Shown in pieces: positions 24,481-38,544 of a stretch of 64,000 nucleotides of DNA; within the stretch, counting starts at the first letter, position 1, and every line of letters starts with the position of its first letter. The notes under the pieces are model-generated. The model had not been told where the DNA came from and made no database searches. It saw nothing but the letters and a program-made list of their open reading frames with translations. The stretch is from Lama guanicoe (Eukaryota). The stretch is from positions 1,683,793-1,747,792 of the forward strand of contig MU053493.1 in assembly GCA_013239625.1 (NCBI GenBank), written 5' to 3'. The position numbers and the translations under genes are program-made.

Positions 24481-25030
24481 GTAAACAGCGCTCTCCCCGC
24501 GGGCGCCCTCTCCTCGCGCTTCCGGGGAGCCGCGGGCCCAGCCCGGAGCAGCGGGACCCGGAGGCCGCCCCGACCCGGTCCCCGTCCCCGGGCGCGTTCC
24601 TTCTCGGGAGCCCCGGCGGCTTGGTGGGAACTTGTAAAAGTCCGGCCCGAGACCTGAGGTCCGTAGTTCGGCGGGTGACGAGACCCAAGGGAGCGGTCGG
24701 AGCTGGAGTTACTTAGCCCTTCGCCTGGCGACGGTCCCCGCTGTGACCGCCGGCGTGATTGCACGGCTGTGGGCGCCTAGCACCAGAGGTCACCTGCCTG
24801 TCATCAGCGTGAACCCCTGGAAGCGGCTTAGGCGGTGTTAGCGTTTTCACGGTCAGACTCCCAGTTCCATCGTGAGCAGATCTTTAAAAGAGCTTGTTTA
24901 AAATGTGCAAGAATTTAAGTGGGAGGGATGAGTGTCTGTCGCGTGTGTCAGCCCTTAGAAAACAAGTTTGCTGTCGTCTCTCACGGGGGAAAAAGTTTTG
25001 ATTTTGATTTATTTTACTCCTGTATTTCAG

Positions 25031-25091
25031 ACAGACGATAAGATTGATTCAGAACCGAAGATTAAAAAACTGGAGCCAGTTCTTTTGCCAG
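25031..25091 (+). CDS. MTMR10: MTMR10 exon 2 (TDDKIDSEPKIKKLEPVLLP-G)
   Basis: tttcag acceptor, gtaaac donor, 61 nt, phase 0 to 1. Confidence 0.95.
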
Positions 25092-25631
25092 GTAAACATT
25101 AGAGTTCTAACAGATACTTTAGGAACGTGTTTGGGTCTAAGATAATTATACCAACAAGTACTATATGGTTAACTTTCTTCACTTGATTTTTCCCCCTCCT
25201 CGTTTACTTTACATTTTAGCCGGTTAAAAATCTAACGACTGAGGAGGGCCAAAAAAAAAAAAGTTACAACTAAAGGATAGCAACAAAAAGTAGTCATTAA
25301 TTGATGTTTGGTCCTTGAAACTTGAAGCATGGTGGGAAACTGTCAGGAATATCACTACCTTATTTCCTTTTTTGTCTGCCGAAATGTTCTTTTTTAAAGC
25401 AATTATTAATGGCGTAGGTTGTGGAAATACTCTTCATCCTTCACGTCAGTTGCAACTTCATGAATTAATGATGAATAGTCACGTCATCATTTTAATAGTA
25501 TGCAAAGCAACTTTTATTATGTCTGGGTCTCTGCACCAATAACAGAGCTTAGTGAACTTTGAATTACTTACTTGGCAATTGTTTTTTGAAGGTCTCAGCT
25601 GTGTTTGCAAATCTCCTTGTTTCAGTTTAGA

Positions 25632-25875
25632 ATGGGGTTTCTCAACAGAGGCACTATGGACATGTTGGACCTGATAATCCGTTGTTGGAGGGCTGTGCTG
25701 TGCATTGTGGGATGTTTAGCAGCATCCCTGGCCTCTACCCACTAGATGCCAGTAGTACCCCCTCCTCTGCCTCCTACTTGGAGAACCAGAATGTCCCCCA
25801 GACATTGCCAGACCCTTTTGGGGTAGGGGGGCAGACCCCTGGGAGCAAAATTTTCTACCTGTGGAAAAGCACTGG
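25632..25875 (+). mobile_element. MER20 (hAT-Charlie) DNA transposon
   Basis: gctgtgctgtgcattgtgggatgtttagcagcatccctggcctctacccactagatgccagtag...cagacattgcca. Confidence 0.85.
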
Positions 25876-27791
25876 CTTAGAACAAAATTGACCTTAGAGG
25901 ACTTTAGAGGTAGAGGTTGGAATTGATGGTAACTGGTTTACTTTTAAAGCATGTAAGATATTTATTTGATTGGTATTTTGAATTATATAACAATTACATC
26001 ATAATTAGGAAAAGTTAGTTGTTTAATACGATTACTGGGTGAAGTAGCCAGATACTTAGGAAAGCCTGTTTTAAACCTGAAATATAATCAAATGCTAGTT
26101 TGTGTGGGTACTATCAACAGTATTAAAAATCTCGGTCATTACTTAATGCTAAGTATGGTAAAATGATTAGAACTTTATAGGTAGTAGTTGAGCAAATATG
26201 GAAACTTTAAATTTTGTCCTTTAAATTTTTTAATATTCAGTAGGAACAAACCAATTAAAAACATCAACCTATGGTTCCATATGACAGACGTGAAGTTTTA
26301 AAATTGTTCTAAACTTTATTATGGGAGTTAGTTATAAATATTTTCTCTTTGTTTTGTTAATGCTTTTTAGCCAAACAGTGTGTACTAAATTATCCTTTGT
26401 ACTTTTCCTGGGGGTGAACAGTAGAATTAATAAGTAACCTTTGCTCCCTGTGAGTGCTCTGTTTTGGTCTTAGTCACTCCAGACATTTAAAAGTCCACTG
26501 TGGCAAACACTCCTCGTCCTGAATGACTGCCTGTGAGCTATTGAACTTTGGCTTCTTTTACTTTGTCTGAACAGGCACTGTTCTTAAGCTTTGATTCTGC
26601 CCTACCAATACTGTGGTTGGACACTAATAAACCACAAGGTCTTAGCTACAAATCATAGTGCTTGATTTTTTTTTAAATTAACTTTGATATTTAAGATATG
26701 TTCACAAAAAGAGTTACTAAATCTCCATAAGCTTGAAGAACTTTACATTGAAAGATTATCTGTTCTGTAGAATTAACTAAAAACTTACCTTTCTATTAAA
26801 AAGTCCGAGTTTTCTGGGGAAGATGTAAACCCATGTCCAGACTGTATGTGGTTTATTCGTCCTAGAATTGCTAAGTCTGAACCCATGTTTTTCCTCTTTG
26901 GCTCTGCATACAGGATGGCTTTGGCACCCAGTGTGCTTTCTGTACCTAACCTTCTCCTCAGAACATTTAGTCAATCCTAAATGAATGTGTCTTTTGCCCT
27001 CCTTCCCCACCCCTTCTGTTCTTACCTTCTCGTTGCTGGCCTTCCCACATTCTTCCCAGTTCTCTCTGTCTGGCTACTTGGCTGTAGTCTCTCTTCCCTG
27101 CTTCACCTCTCAGTCCCATCTCTGCCACTGGAACCTCTGTGGCTCCTTTTTTGGCCTGTAGCCTACAACCCCCTACCTGTGAAATGTGGAAGACAGGTGG
27201 AAAACACCTGAAGTGTTGGTGATCTAAAGACCTGGGCTAGGTTAGGGCTTTTACTCAAAGAGCTTAATAATAAAGTTCTGGCCTTCCTTATGGTCAGAAA
27301 CCAAGAGAAAACTTGGCCAAGTCACCTGTGGCTTTAACAGAGGCACACGAAACAAGGAAGTGATTGTTCAGAGATACAGTGTTGGATGTTGTGTTTTGAC
27401 ATAATGCCTTGGGTTCAAGGATATCCTACTTCAGCTGCCCAGGGTTTGAACTTTTAATTCAATAAGCAGATGAAAATTAAAACACAAGGCCAATTGTTTA
27501 TTTGTGTGCGGTTGCCCAGTGCTCTGTTGGAACCTAACGAGGCTAAATTTAAAAGGATCTTCATCTTTTATTAAACAAAGGAAACAGAAGAAACTGACCA
27601 GTGATTTAATTTACACTATGGTTTATGTTAGTAGTTTTTGACTTGCCTGATTCATGATTCTCCTCGAGATGGAGATTGTACCTGGTGCAGTTTTGTGGCC
27701 CTGAAGTAAGCAGAGTGCATTGAGGTGTGGCTTGAGTTAGTGACTGAATGAAGGGACCCCTCAGACCACCTGCTAAAATTGCCCCCATAGA

Positions 27792-27799
27792 GACACAGA

Positions 27800-27840
<41 letters not shown>
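27792..27840. repeat. (CA)n microsatellite
   Basis: Read directly from the sequence. Confidence 0.9.
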
Positions 27841-29179
27841 TCCAACTTTCAGATTTAGGCCGAAGAGGAAGACTCTTATTTTAAGCCACATGTCTCTGCT
27901 CTCTCCCAGAGCCACACTTCTCAAGAAAACTGTATCTGAGCCTGGGGCTGAAATCCAGTGCTCTGTCTGAGCATCTGGCCTCTGCCTGGGCTTTCTCTTC
28001 GTCGTCCCATCATTTCCTGAATCTCATCCTTTAATGATTGTGTTGTGTATATAAAATCACCCCAGTCCTTTTGAAGCTAGGGTGAGTATGAATTTTAAAG
28101 CGTGTGTGTGTGTGTGTTCCAGCATGCACTGGTGACAGCAGGTACTGCCAGGCTGTGCCTGTGTCTGTGTTGATAGCAGCTGGACTGTTGGACCCACTCA
28201 CTGAGCATGTGAGTTCCTCCCGATGCCCAGCTCTGTGCTGGAGGAGGTGTATGGTGGAATCACAGCTGGGCCCGGGCGGGCTCCAGGCTGCCCATGGCCA
28301 AGGCAGAGGACCGTGACCTGGGTCAATGGTTTCCAAAGTCTAGTCAGGGCCTGGCTGTCATCAGATCTGGGTGGAATTTTCAGCAGCCCTGGATCACATT
28401 GAGAAAATTAAGAAAAATGCTACTTTTTTCCCCTAATGCTAAATTGACTTGATTGACAGGCTTGTCAATTCTGAGAGTATGTCCTTCCAGCTTTCTTGGT
28501 GTAGATCATTTTCTCGTTAAATGATGGTGATGGTAGCTGTGGCTTTTAAAAAAGGTTTTGTTTTTTTTTAAGTTAGCAAAATAAAAGGTTAAGAACTCTG
28601 CTGTTGGTTCTCTGAATTATTTTTGTAGCATACCTGTTTTGTGGAATTGGAGCTAGAAATCACTCAGTGAAATTCTTACGATAGTATAGGTACAATTTAA
28701 TGAGCAGTCACACAGAGAACATCAATTACTTCCACCATCTTCTGAAAAATGCACCCTCCCTCTTTCAACAAATTCCTCTTCCCTGCCCCCACCCAGCCTG
28801 GGGTTCTGGTTTGGCCAGCAGGGACACAGCCTGCTAGCATAAGCACAGGGTTGCCTCTGGGTATTTTTGGGTTGGTACTAAGGGAAGATACCTTTCTCGT
28901 AGTGCGGTCAGTGGCCGCAGCTCCAGAAAACCTGTCCGGAAGGATGAGCGTTGCGTGTGGAGAGAGGTAGAGGCCAAACGCCAGGGGAGAGTCCTGATGG
29001 TGTTCGAGTTCCGGTGTTCCACTTTTCTGGAAGTCCAGCTGACACCAAAGCCATGGAATTCTTCTTTTTGCTAAGCTAGTTCCAGGCTTGTTTCTGACAC
29101 TTTATATTAAGATCCTTAACTAATACAGGACATGGCTTACAGGCTACTCCTCAGAACAGGCCTGCCAGGCAGGTACCAA

Positions 29180-29325
29180 TTTCTCTTCATCTGACAGGTG
29201 AGAACACTGTGCCTGGTTGTAGAGGTTAAGTAACCTGCCCGATGTCACCCCATGTCACCCAGCTCGCAAGGGCAGAGCAGAATTATGAGCCCAGCTCCTA
29301 GGCTGTACCTTTAACCGCTAAGCAG
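29180..29325 (-). mobile_element. MIR SINE fragment
   Basis: agaggttaagtaacctgcccgatgtcac...cagctcgcaagggcagagcagaattatgagcccag. Confidence 0.6.
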
Positions 29326-32214
29326 TAGGGCCTCCCTGACTGTGCGGTGACATTAGGAGACAGAGTTGGGCTTTGGAACTGGCGAGTGTGTGGATGGATG
29401 GCATCCTGGAGGGCGTACCCCAGCGAGGTGATGGGAGCTCTGCCCTTGGCGCTGCCTCTCCGCAGCAGGGACAGATTTTGATCCAGCCTGAGGAGCGGCT
29501 CTCAGACAGTGTCAGCTGCCTGAAGACGGAATGTCTTGGGAGTCAGTGGACTTCCTGTTGCTGCTGTGCCGAGGCGGAGGCTGGTGGAGTGCCAGCGGCT
29601 TTGTCGTGAGGGGGTGAGATTTGCAGTGAGTGGGGCTGCCCGGCCTTTTCTCTCTCTCACCGAGGGACATGATCTGCGGGCTCTGTGAGGCCGGAGGAGG
29701 GACGCCTTGCAGTACTGTGTCTAACAGGAAGGGGTCGTTCCGCAGGTAGAGCAGTGGAAAGCTGGAAAAGACGGGGTCCTGCCCGTAGTCTCAGTTCATG
29801 GGCCAGCGCATCAGTAGAGGGGAGCAGAGGTCGTGCAGGCCCCCAATTTGAGGGAGCGGTTGGGAACGGGAGGGGCCTTGCCCTCTGCATCCCGGTGCCA
29901 GCAGCACTTCCGGTGTGGGGTTGGCGATGAGATGAGATCAATCGTGAATGCGCTGATTGTCAAGAGTCTTCGGTAATCAGATCAGAAAAGCCTGCAACCT
30001 TGGGCCATCTGGAAAATGAAAGTAGCCATTGTTGGATAGATGTCTTGTTTATCTGCTTTTTTGTTTTTTTTAAACATATTCACTGTTTGGACCATTTATG
30101 TATGGTTGTTTTCTGCCTCACAGTCTTATTTCCTCAGTTGGATTGTGAATCCCTTATAGCAAAGACTGTTTCTGTCAGGTGCTTTGTGTTTCATTTTGTT
30201 TTTTAATACCTTTTTTGTAGATAAGCTTTAGAGGTAATTGTAGACTGATTTTTGTAGCATTTTCATCCTTAGATACCTTGCTTTTGAAAGACGGAAGGGC
30301 TTGTGACACATCCTTGGAACAGTGAACAGTGTAGCCAACTGCAGTGTCTAGCGTTGGGTCTGTACCTCACCTGGACCACCTCAGGCCACCTCCTTACTCC
30401 TAACTCTCAGTCCGTCTGTATCTTGCAGCTCGTGCTCAGAAATGCTTCATGAACCTCCAGAAGTAAAATCCAGCTTACACAGGGTAAACTCCAAACTCTG
30501 TAGCCTCTGTGATTTGCTAATGCTCACCTTGCTGGCCTCTGCGCTGTTTCCCAGTGTTGATACTTGCTTCAGTCAGACTGGTTCCTTGCTCTCTCCAGAT
30601 ACTGTATTCCTTATTTAGGCCTCGGTTATTATTGTCACATACATATTCTTTCTGTCTTAACCCTCACCTGCCTTAGAGATTTTTCTTCTCATCTCTTCCT
30701 GAGGTCTGCACTGCTAACCTTCCTCCAGCCCCCATCCTGGGAGGCACTTACTGGACATGGTACTTGATTACACGCCTTTTTTGTATCGTGTGTGACCCTG
30801 TAAGGACCAGTGATGGCATCAGATGTTTTATGCTTGTCTTCTACGTAATTTCAACTTCTCTCAATAATTTTTAGGCCACTTTAATTCGTGAATTTATCTC
30901 CTGCTCAGGTGACAATTGGACTGTCCTGGTTTTAGTGTTGGAATACCCTGAAACCGGGACTCCTCAGTCCCAGGCAACCTGGGACAGTCACTCACTGTAT
31001 GTAAAGCCACGAATTGAATTATGCTTTTGGCCTGTGCGTACTCCTAGGTAAATTAGCTCCTGTATAGAGTGAGGCTTTGTCTTAAACTATTTTTCAAGCT
31101 AAAATTTGTGGGGAAATTATTTTAATTCATCACATGTGTATTGACTTTCTTAATGAGTAAGGTGTTACGAAAGACAGTGTGACATGATTGTTGGTTCTTG
31201 GGGAGTTAAAAACTTGCCTGGCTCTACCACTCAGAGACTTACTTACTAATTTTAATTTTATGTCTTTTCTTATTTATCTTTACAGATGGAAGGGTCTTGA
31301 GAAAACAAACTTAGGTAATTTCCTAATTCCTCCCCTGGTTATAATGAAAAGTCTTGGCCCATCATCTTCTCATTTAATTTTTTCTGTGGTGATTTTGCTT
31401 ACCCTGCACTGAAGTTGATGTCCCGCTTTTTCTTTGGTGCGGCTCCCCGGTAGCTTCCTACCAGTGGTGTGCTGGAAAGAGCTTGGTGCTGACAGCCTTC
31501 CCTCAATGGCTGGGCTTGTCCCACCGCTGGGCCACCAGAGGTGAGCGGGGCTGGCCTCTCTAGCCCTCCGGCACAGCGCAGCTCCCGCCTCAACAGTCTC
31601 TGGGAAGACTTCGTGGTCCTCGGGGGTTTTGAAGCTTTTGTTTTAAGTTTCCTTCTCAAGGTCGCTAATTTTAAATGTAGCAAGAGTAGTCTCAGTGTTC
31701 TGTTTCTGTATCTGTCCTCTCTGAGAAGAGGCCTCTTTGTTTGCCTTGTTTCTTTCCTGTCCTGTCCGTTGGCTGGTTTTCTGGCCCGCAGAACTGCCCT
31801 ACATGGTGGCAGCTTAGGGCAGATCCCACCCCACATTCCTTCTTTTTCACAAAGTACGAGCAGAAAATTGCTACATGAGCAGAGAGCTGTGCAGCAGGAT
31901 CCACGTTAAAGACTGGTTCCATGTGAACAGAACTGAATGTTACCAAATAAAACTCATGCCAGGTTAACCTGATGCTTATTTAATGACATGTCTGATACTA
32001 ATCAGTCCCAGGCACAGCGTCTTCCCGGAAGTGCCCTCCTTCTCTTTTCCTCTTTCCCTCCATCCCGCCCTACTTCTGTTCCTGCTCTCCCGAGGGCTCC
32101 TGTCTAGTCTCCACTCTAAAATCTGTGTGACAGTCTTCCTTGAAAGACCATAGCCCAGCGGGTCCCTATTTGACTTTTGCTGTTGTTTCATATTCCTTGT
32201 CCATTTTCTTATAT

Positions 32215-32880
32215 AGTAGTTTTTATTTTTAAATAAACTTGGATTTATGAAAGAGCACAGATAGTTAACACATCCTCTTCACCCAGCTTCCCCTAATGTT
32301 AGTATCTGGTAACCTTGATGCATTTAGCTAGACTAAGAAATTAACAGTACCATTAACTAAGCTGCAGGTTTTATTCACGTCTCCCCAGTGTTTCCGCTCA
32401 TGGCCATTATCTGTTTTAGGGTCCCAGCCAGGGCACCTCCATACCATGTCTCCTTAGTCTCTTCCCCTGTGACACGACTCCAGCTTTGCTGATGGACCCG
32501 GCATCCTTTTGTCCTCCCTCCCTCCCCCTCTTTCACTCCCCTCCTTCCCCTGCCTTTTTTTTTTTTCTTTCTTTCTCTCTTTCTTTACTTTCTGGCATTC
32601 TGGAAGTGTCAGAAGCCCCAGACTCATCATGTTTTTCCCCTACCCCACCCCTGGAATCACACATTTCTCCAGGGAGTCCTGGTTCCTTTTATTGAAGAAT
32701 GGTTTGTAGAGACCAAGATCCGAGCACTGAATGTGCTTTGTTCCTGGAGAGTCACTGCATTCAGGTCTTCTCAGGAGATGGTGGAAAGTACGCACGTGTG
32801 TACTAACCCTTGTGCATGCACACATACGTCTCCCTTTGTTTCTTTCTCTCCACCTTTGTGTATATGCCTGAGTTCATCTC
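32215..32880 (-). mobile_element. Old L1 (L1MC-like) 3' region
   Basis: cacccagcttcccctaatgtt...actaagaaattaaca...atttctccagggagtcctggttccttttattgaagaatggt...gagaccaagatc. Confidence 0.6.
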
Positions 32881-33232
32881 AGATCCTGATCTAGCCCCAC
32901 AGAGTTCATTCACAGGTTTGTGCTTCATTTTGCTTTTTTAAGATGGAGAACGGGGGCCAGAGGAGTTAGACCTGGATTTCCAGCTTCACCTTCTACTAGG
33001 GGCTGTTGCCCATCAGTGAGAAAGGAGTCTCTTGACTTGACTGTCACAGATGCGTTCCAGGGGAAGGTTGTGGTTCCTCAGCTCTGCTGAGTGGGCCTCC
33101 CGAGCTCTCTCAGAGCACCATTCATCGTAGATTAAAAGTACTCATCCTCTGACAGGAAGTGCTGCCGACATGCTTTTTCCAAGCCCTGGTTCACAGTCCG
33201 AAGAGTTGTCACTTAGGTAACCATCTCTAGCA

Positions 33233-33441
33233 CAGAGGTTAGCAAACTTTTTCTGTGAACTACCCGGACAATAACTGTTTCAGACTTTGCCCGCCATCAG
33301 GTCTCTTGTTGCAGGTACTTAGCTCAGCCTTTGTCCCGTGGAAGTGGTCACAGACAGGACATGAGTGAATGGGCTTGGCTACGTTTCAGTAAATTTTTAT
33401 TTACAAACACCAGGGGCTGCATCTGGCTTGGCCAACCCTGG
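33233..33441 (+). mobile_element. MER58-like (hAT-Charlie) DNA transposon
   Basis: cagaggttagcaaactttttctgtgaa...gaatgggcttggctacgtttcagtaaatttttatttacaaa...ttggccaaccctg. Confidence 0.75.
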
Positions 33442-36161
33442 GACCCATTAAATGTGTTCTCCTCCTTTTATGTTTGTCTCATTCTCGGTGTACTTGTGGA
33501 CTTGATCCGTTACATTTGTGTCTTGGGGAAGAGAGTTGGGTTGGTGGAGAAGTGCTGGCTCTGAGTGCGTGCATCCTAAATCCTCCTGGCTGATAGCACT
33601 GGTGTGGCTGCGATGTCCTGTCCCAAAAGCCCTCCATCTTTCTTTCCATGATTACCCCTGCTCCCTTTCTCAGGAACCTCAAATCCTTTGGTATGGCTTT
33701 TTTTTTTTAAGTAAACTTTTTTTGAGTATAATACACAGAAGAAATATGTATGAATCATAAGTGCTAGCTGGGTGCATTTCTGTAGCATTGTTTTGAGAGT
33801 CTTTGGATGAATCGGCTAGTTAAGGACAGGAGCACAGCATGAAGTGATGTAGGTTTACTTAGTGAGACAGTAGTTTTGGTATAAAGAAGTCAGTGTTGCA
33901 AGAGTGTGTCCTCAAACTACCTGAAGTGGGAATGATTCATTTAGTTAGTCCTGTTCCCCCATCCCACTTCAAGTTAAGGGCCCTCTTAAAACTGGTAGCT
34001 AGGATTTTCTGATGGGGAGAAGAGGGTTGAGTATTCGGTAGCCTGCTTCTGATATGGCAGTTGGTAAACATTGTGTCCAGAGAGTTACAGAAGATTTAAA
34101 TTTTATGTATTTGAATTATTTGATGAGTTTCGATGTATATTTTTGTCATTTAAAATATTTTATTGTTATAATCCAGTTAAGCCTAGTACTTTGAGTCTTT
34201 AATTCAGTTTTGTTACCTGCTGCATCTCAATAAAGTTTATTTAATTCTAGGTAAGTATAGAGAAACAAGTATTAGATTTGAAATCAGAACACTTACTTGT
34301 AAGTTCCAAATGTACTTTTCACTGTATTTAAGACCTTAGGAAAGTGACCGAACCTTTTTGGGTCCAAGTCCCTTACCTGCCTTTCTTAGCTTATGGGTTT
34401 TTGTTGAAATAATCAGCTAGGAAAACATTGACACACTCTCCCTGGTAGCCTTTACAGCTCTCTGTGCATGTGGTGGGCAAGCAGGAGCGACTCTGTGGCA
34501 TTTTTCTGACTTCACATAAGTTTACCACCTGGCACTGACCTTCTGACTCTCCTGGCTGTTTGGCCACATTAAATGACTGGTTTCTGTCTGTCTGGTCCAG
34601 CTTCTGCTCAGCTGGCAGTGGTGGTCTGGCAAACCAGGAGCAGTGAAGTGATTGCGACCCTCAGGTGGTGAGCACTCATGTAGTAGCAGGCACCTGCCAC
34701 ATGCTGAGCGTCACTAGAAAGTCAGCTGAGGAGAAATCTGTCCATCTTCCACGCTCATGGAGTGTGTGAGATGGGCACGGATTTAAGATGTTACATAGTG
34801 TACATAAGTGCAGCTGTGATAAATGCCAGGAATTACAGGTAAATGATACTGTGATTGAGGGAGTTCATTTCTGGGCACAGAGGGTTTGTTTTGTTTTGTT
34901 TTGTTTTGTTTTGTTTTAAGGCATTCCTGAGAAAGTGATTAGGCCAAGGGAGAAGGAAGGAATATTCCAGGCAATGGCACAACATGTGCAGAGACCCCAT
35001 GAGTGGAAGCAGTTGGGCCCCTGAGAGGGGTTAAAAGGCCCCTGTGGCTGGAGAATGAGGGTGGGAGCACAGTGGTGGAGGTGCCAGGCCTGGTGGCCAC
35101 ATGAAGGACGCTTGTCTTCAGAGGGGAAAGAGACTCCGTTGCTTTGAGCCGAGAATTTGAATTTCATCCCCAAGTAGGTGTTTGGTTAGGATTCTTAAGA
35201 CTAGTCTTGTGCATTTGTAAGAACTTTGAATAAAAGTTATTTTTGCAATTCAAATTTATCATAACGTTTTAGTTAAGAGAGGGGATTATATTGAGACTCT
35301 AGTTCCATCTACAGATTGGTGGGTGTTGGGGGCTTGTCAGCAAACAGGTTCTGTCCGTCACTGTGGAAGGTTCCTGTACTGAGAGAAATAGGTAGGGTAG
35401 ATCAGAACGCTGACTTTTCTACCATTGCCCCTGGAGACTGATTGCTTACAAATGTCCCTGGGTCTGGTTGCATTTTAGTACTTGAAGTTAAGGATTAATG
35501 ATGACTGAGCTTTAAATCAGTTATAGAAAATTATTCTTTTTAAAGAACATGGTAACTTTTGTTTTGGTTTCTTATATTTATTTCTTTAATCTTTCCTTTT
35601 AACTCTAAAACTATTTTAAAGTTTTATTGCCAACTAAGTTATAATTTGAGTACAGAGGGAAATTCAATTTGGCTTTATGGAATCTATTTTTAAATAAATA
35701 AATTTCATTAGTAATTGTGAGATTAACCCTGAACTGTTTCTCATCCCTTACAAAAGGAATCGAAGACATTGGTTTGGGAAATCAAGTCTCATGTTAATAA
35801 AATACAAACAGTCCGTCAAGTAGAAACTCGACGATGGTGTTTATTTCTTCTCTGGATTTCCTTTCGGTAAATACATAACAAGAGGCAGCAGAGCATAGTA
35901 GTAAGGCGTACAGGCCCCTGTTCAGCCCCTCTGGTTGAACCATCTCATCTTCAAGCTTCGTGCTTCTGTTTCTGTATCTCACAAACGAGCGAGTGCCTCA
36001 CTGGGGCTGTTACTCTTGTGAGGACAAAGGCGCTCCTGGACCTGGGGGCCTTCAGTGTTTATTCTTATCACCATGAAACCTTCCTTCTAGGTCACACAGT
36101 GACTGTTGGCCTTTTGTGGTGTGGTTGTAGCTCACACAGTGATATGTTTCTTTTTGTAAAG

Positions 36162-36298
36162 GAGAAATCGTCGTAAATGAAGTCAATTTTGTGAGAAAAT
36201 GCATTGCCTCGGACACAAGTCAGTACGATTTGTGGGGGAAACTGATATGCAGTAACTTCAAAATTTCCTTTGTTACAGATGACCCAATGCCACTGCAG
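36162..36298 (+). CDS. MTMR10: MTMR10 exon 3 (EIVVNEVNFVRKCIASDTSQYDLWGKLICSNFKISFVTDDPMPLQ; PH-GRAM region)
   Basis: aag acceptor, gtatgt donor, 137 nt, phase 1 to 0. Confidence 0.95.
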
Positions 36299-37862
36299 GT
36301 ATGTTTTATATGTATGCTGCTTAATTGAATCAAGGCTCTTGACTTTAATCAGTATATATTATTCCATAAAGCATAGATACGGAAACATTACAATAAAATT
36401 ATTAATCAGTGATTAATATAAAGTTGGAATGTGTTATAGTAAAATTCAAAATGAAGCTCAAGGAGAATGATGAGACTTGAGCACAATTAGTGAGATAGTT
36501 TTAAGTCACCTTGCTTTGTTTATCCTCTGTGATCTTTGCTTATATATCCTTTTCAATAAGACTTCTTATTTCCTTTCTTCTAAATCTTTTAACCTACTCA
36601 TCAAAAAAAAGATACCCTTTGTACTAGTCATAAAGAGAAGTACTTAATTATATAGCAAATAATCTCATAAATGCTGCACATTTTACATTTTATAGTATTT
36701 TTAACTAGTATTTTTCAAAAAAGTCAAATTCTCATTTCAAATTTCTAGTACAGTTAGAATGAAGAAAAATATTGATAAAGGTTTTCTTTAATAACTCTTG
36801 CTATCTTATATTCTTACTGGAAAACAACAGATCCATATAACTTTGGTTTTTTAAAAGTTCAATCATTCGTTTCACTAACTTAAAAATCCTGGACTTTCCC
36901 TCAACTTATTTTTCATTTCAATTTGTAAAGTGTTACACACTTTTACCCCCTAGACCTTTATTTATGGTGGTAATTGTTTTCTAATTAAGTATTTGGATAT
37001 TAATTCTAAACTTTTGCTTCAAGTGTCTAATTGTGGATACGTGTATTTCAGTCCAGTGCCATCTCCTGTAGTTGTATTTAGACTAAATTTAAGGCATTTG
37101 CAGATACCTGGTATGTAGTGACACCAGCTTATTCGACTGTGGACTCGGGGTTTTCCTTTTGTTTTTAGCTTCATTTTGATCTTTGGCCCCAGATTTCACT
37201 GTAAATGAGACACATACACCTGGAATAGCTTAAGTCCAATACCACTAGTAGGAAAAATTAACCAGTGCCCTACCAACAGAAGGCTGATAGCATCAACTGT
37301 GTTGTCCTTAGTGTGAAAATGTGTATAAAAAATGGATTTAAAAAATAAGCTGTAGTTTGCCTCAAGATTTTTATTTCTAGTAGACTTTCTGCTCTAAAGA
37401 GTTATTTTCTGCTCTAAAATCTCCAGTGTAAAAATTGAGCCATGATTTTACCCATTAAAATCTGATGACTTAGGAGCCCCATTTTCTTTATTATTTTAAT
37501 GACAGTTTAACCAGAACTAGAAATGCAAATGTTTGCCTATGAAGTGATTGGCAGTATATTACACATCTAGTATGTTATAACGATACTGCAGTGTGTAATT
37601 TGGCCTAATTTTGTTTTTTAGAGTGTAGGGTGAAAGGTGGAGAGAATGTGAACACAGCGTGTGTCTGTCTTCCTCCTTACTGTACTGCTGAAGTCTGCTT
37701 GATCATCCTGCATCCTTAGAGTTGTCAGAGCTGCACAGGCAAAAAGCTTTTTGTTCTTTTTAGAGATAACAGTCGCACTTTCTCATCACACTTAAAAGTA
37801 AGGCTCGTATTACATGAAGTTCTTGGGAAAAGAATTAACATGAACATGCTTTTTTGTTTCAG

Positions 37863-37935
37863 AAATTCCATTACAAAAACCTTCTTCTAGGTGAACATGA
37901 TGTCCCTTTAACATGTATTGAGCAGATAGTCACGG
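37863..37935 (+). CDS. MTMR10: MTMR10 exon 4 (KFHYKNLLLGEHDVPLTCIEQIVT)
   Basis: tttcag acceptor, gtatgt donor, 73 nt. Confidence 0.95.
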
Positions 37936-38401
37936 GTATGTATTATTCCTTACTCAGTCCATAAAAGCTGGTTCTATTCTGGAATTATTGCTTGAAGAGT
38001 CATACCTCAAATACTTGGGTTGGAATTTTATTTCTGGTTTTTTCCCTTTTTTTTTTAAATTCCAGGAAAAGTAATGAAAATGAAATTAATAAATTATTTT
38101 TAAATGGGGATATAGAATGTATGGGTTTTTATATTTTCTAGTATTTGTCTTTTTAGTTAAAATTTTAATCACTAAATGTAGAGGTGGTGGTATTGTGCAA
38201 AAAAATATCTTTAATATTGTCAAAAACAAAGTTAAAACTGACCCCCAAAAGTTCTAGGAATTACATACAAATGTGAAACATTCCAGAGAAGTGGTACTTA
38301 GGTGGTGGATGACCTTCCAGTTGTTTTCAGTAAGAATTTGTTAAAGTTTACTAAAAGGAGAGTGAGTAAGCAGAAAGAAATTTTTATTTTTTCTTTTTCA
38401 G

Positions 38402-38544
38402 TGAATGACCACAAGAGGAAGCAGAAAGTCCTAGGCCCAAACCAGAAACTGAAATTTAATCCAACAGAATTGATTATTTACTGTAAAGATTTCAGAATTG
38501 TCAGATTTCGCTTCGATGAATCAGGTCCCGAAAGTGCCAAAAAG
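38402..38544 (+). CDS. MTMR10: MTMR10 exon 5 (VNDHKRKQKVLGPNQKLKFNPTELIIYCKDFRIVRFRFDESGPESAKK)
   Basis: tttcag acceptor, gtaatc donor, 143 nt; myotubularin CKDFR motif. Confidence 0.96.

Larger units (their letters stand above)
23550..24800 (+). promoter_or_regulatory. MTMR10: CpG island / MTMR10 promoter and 5' UTR
   Basis: Very GC- and CpG-rich. GC box GGGGCGGGGC at 24185-24194, YY1-like CAAGATGGC at 24041-24049, and a strong Kozak context ggcaccATG at 24421. Confidence 0.9.

Noticed and set aside
23585..24764. Many long overlapping ORFs (up to 233 aa), including an in-frame GTG extension of MTMR10 from 24169
   Set aside because: Expected from stop-codon scarcity in a CpG island. The products are low-complexity Arg/Gly/Pro/Ala with no homology evidence.
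30905..30998. Possible small hAT (MER96-like) relic
   Set aside because: Resemblance too weak to call without a search.
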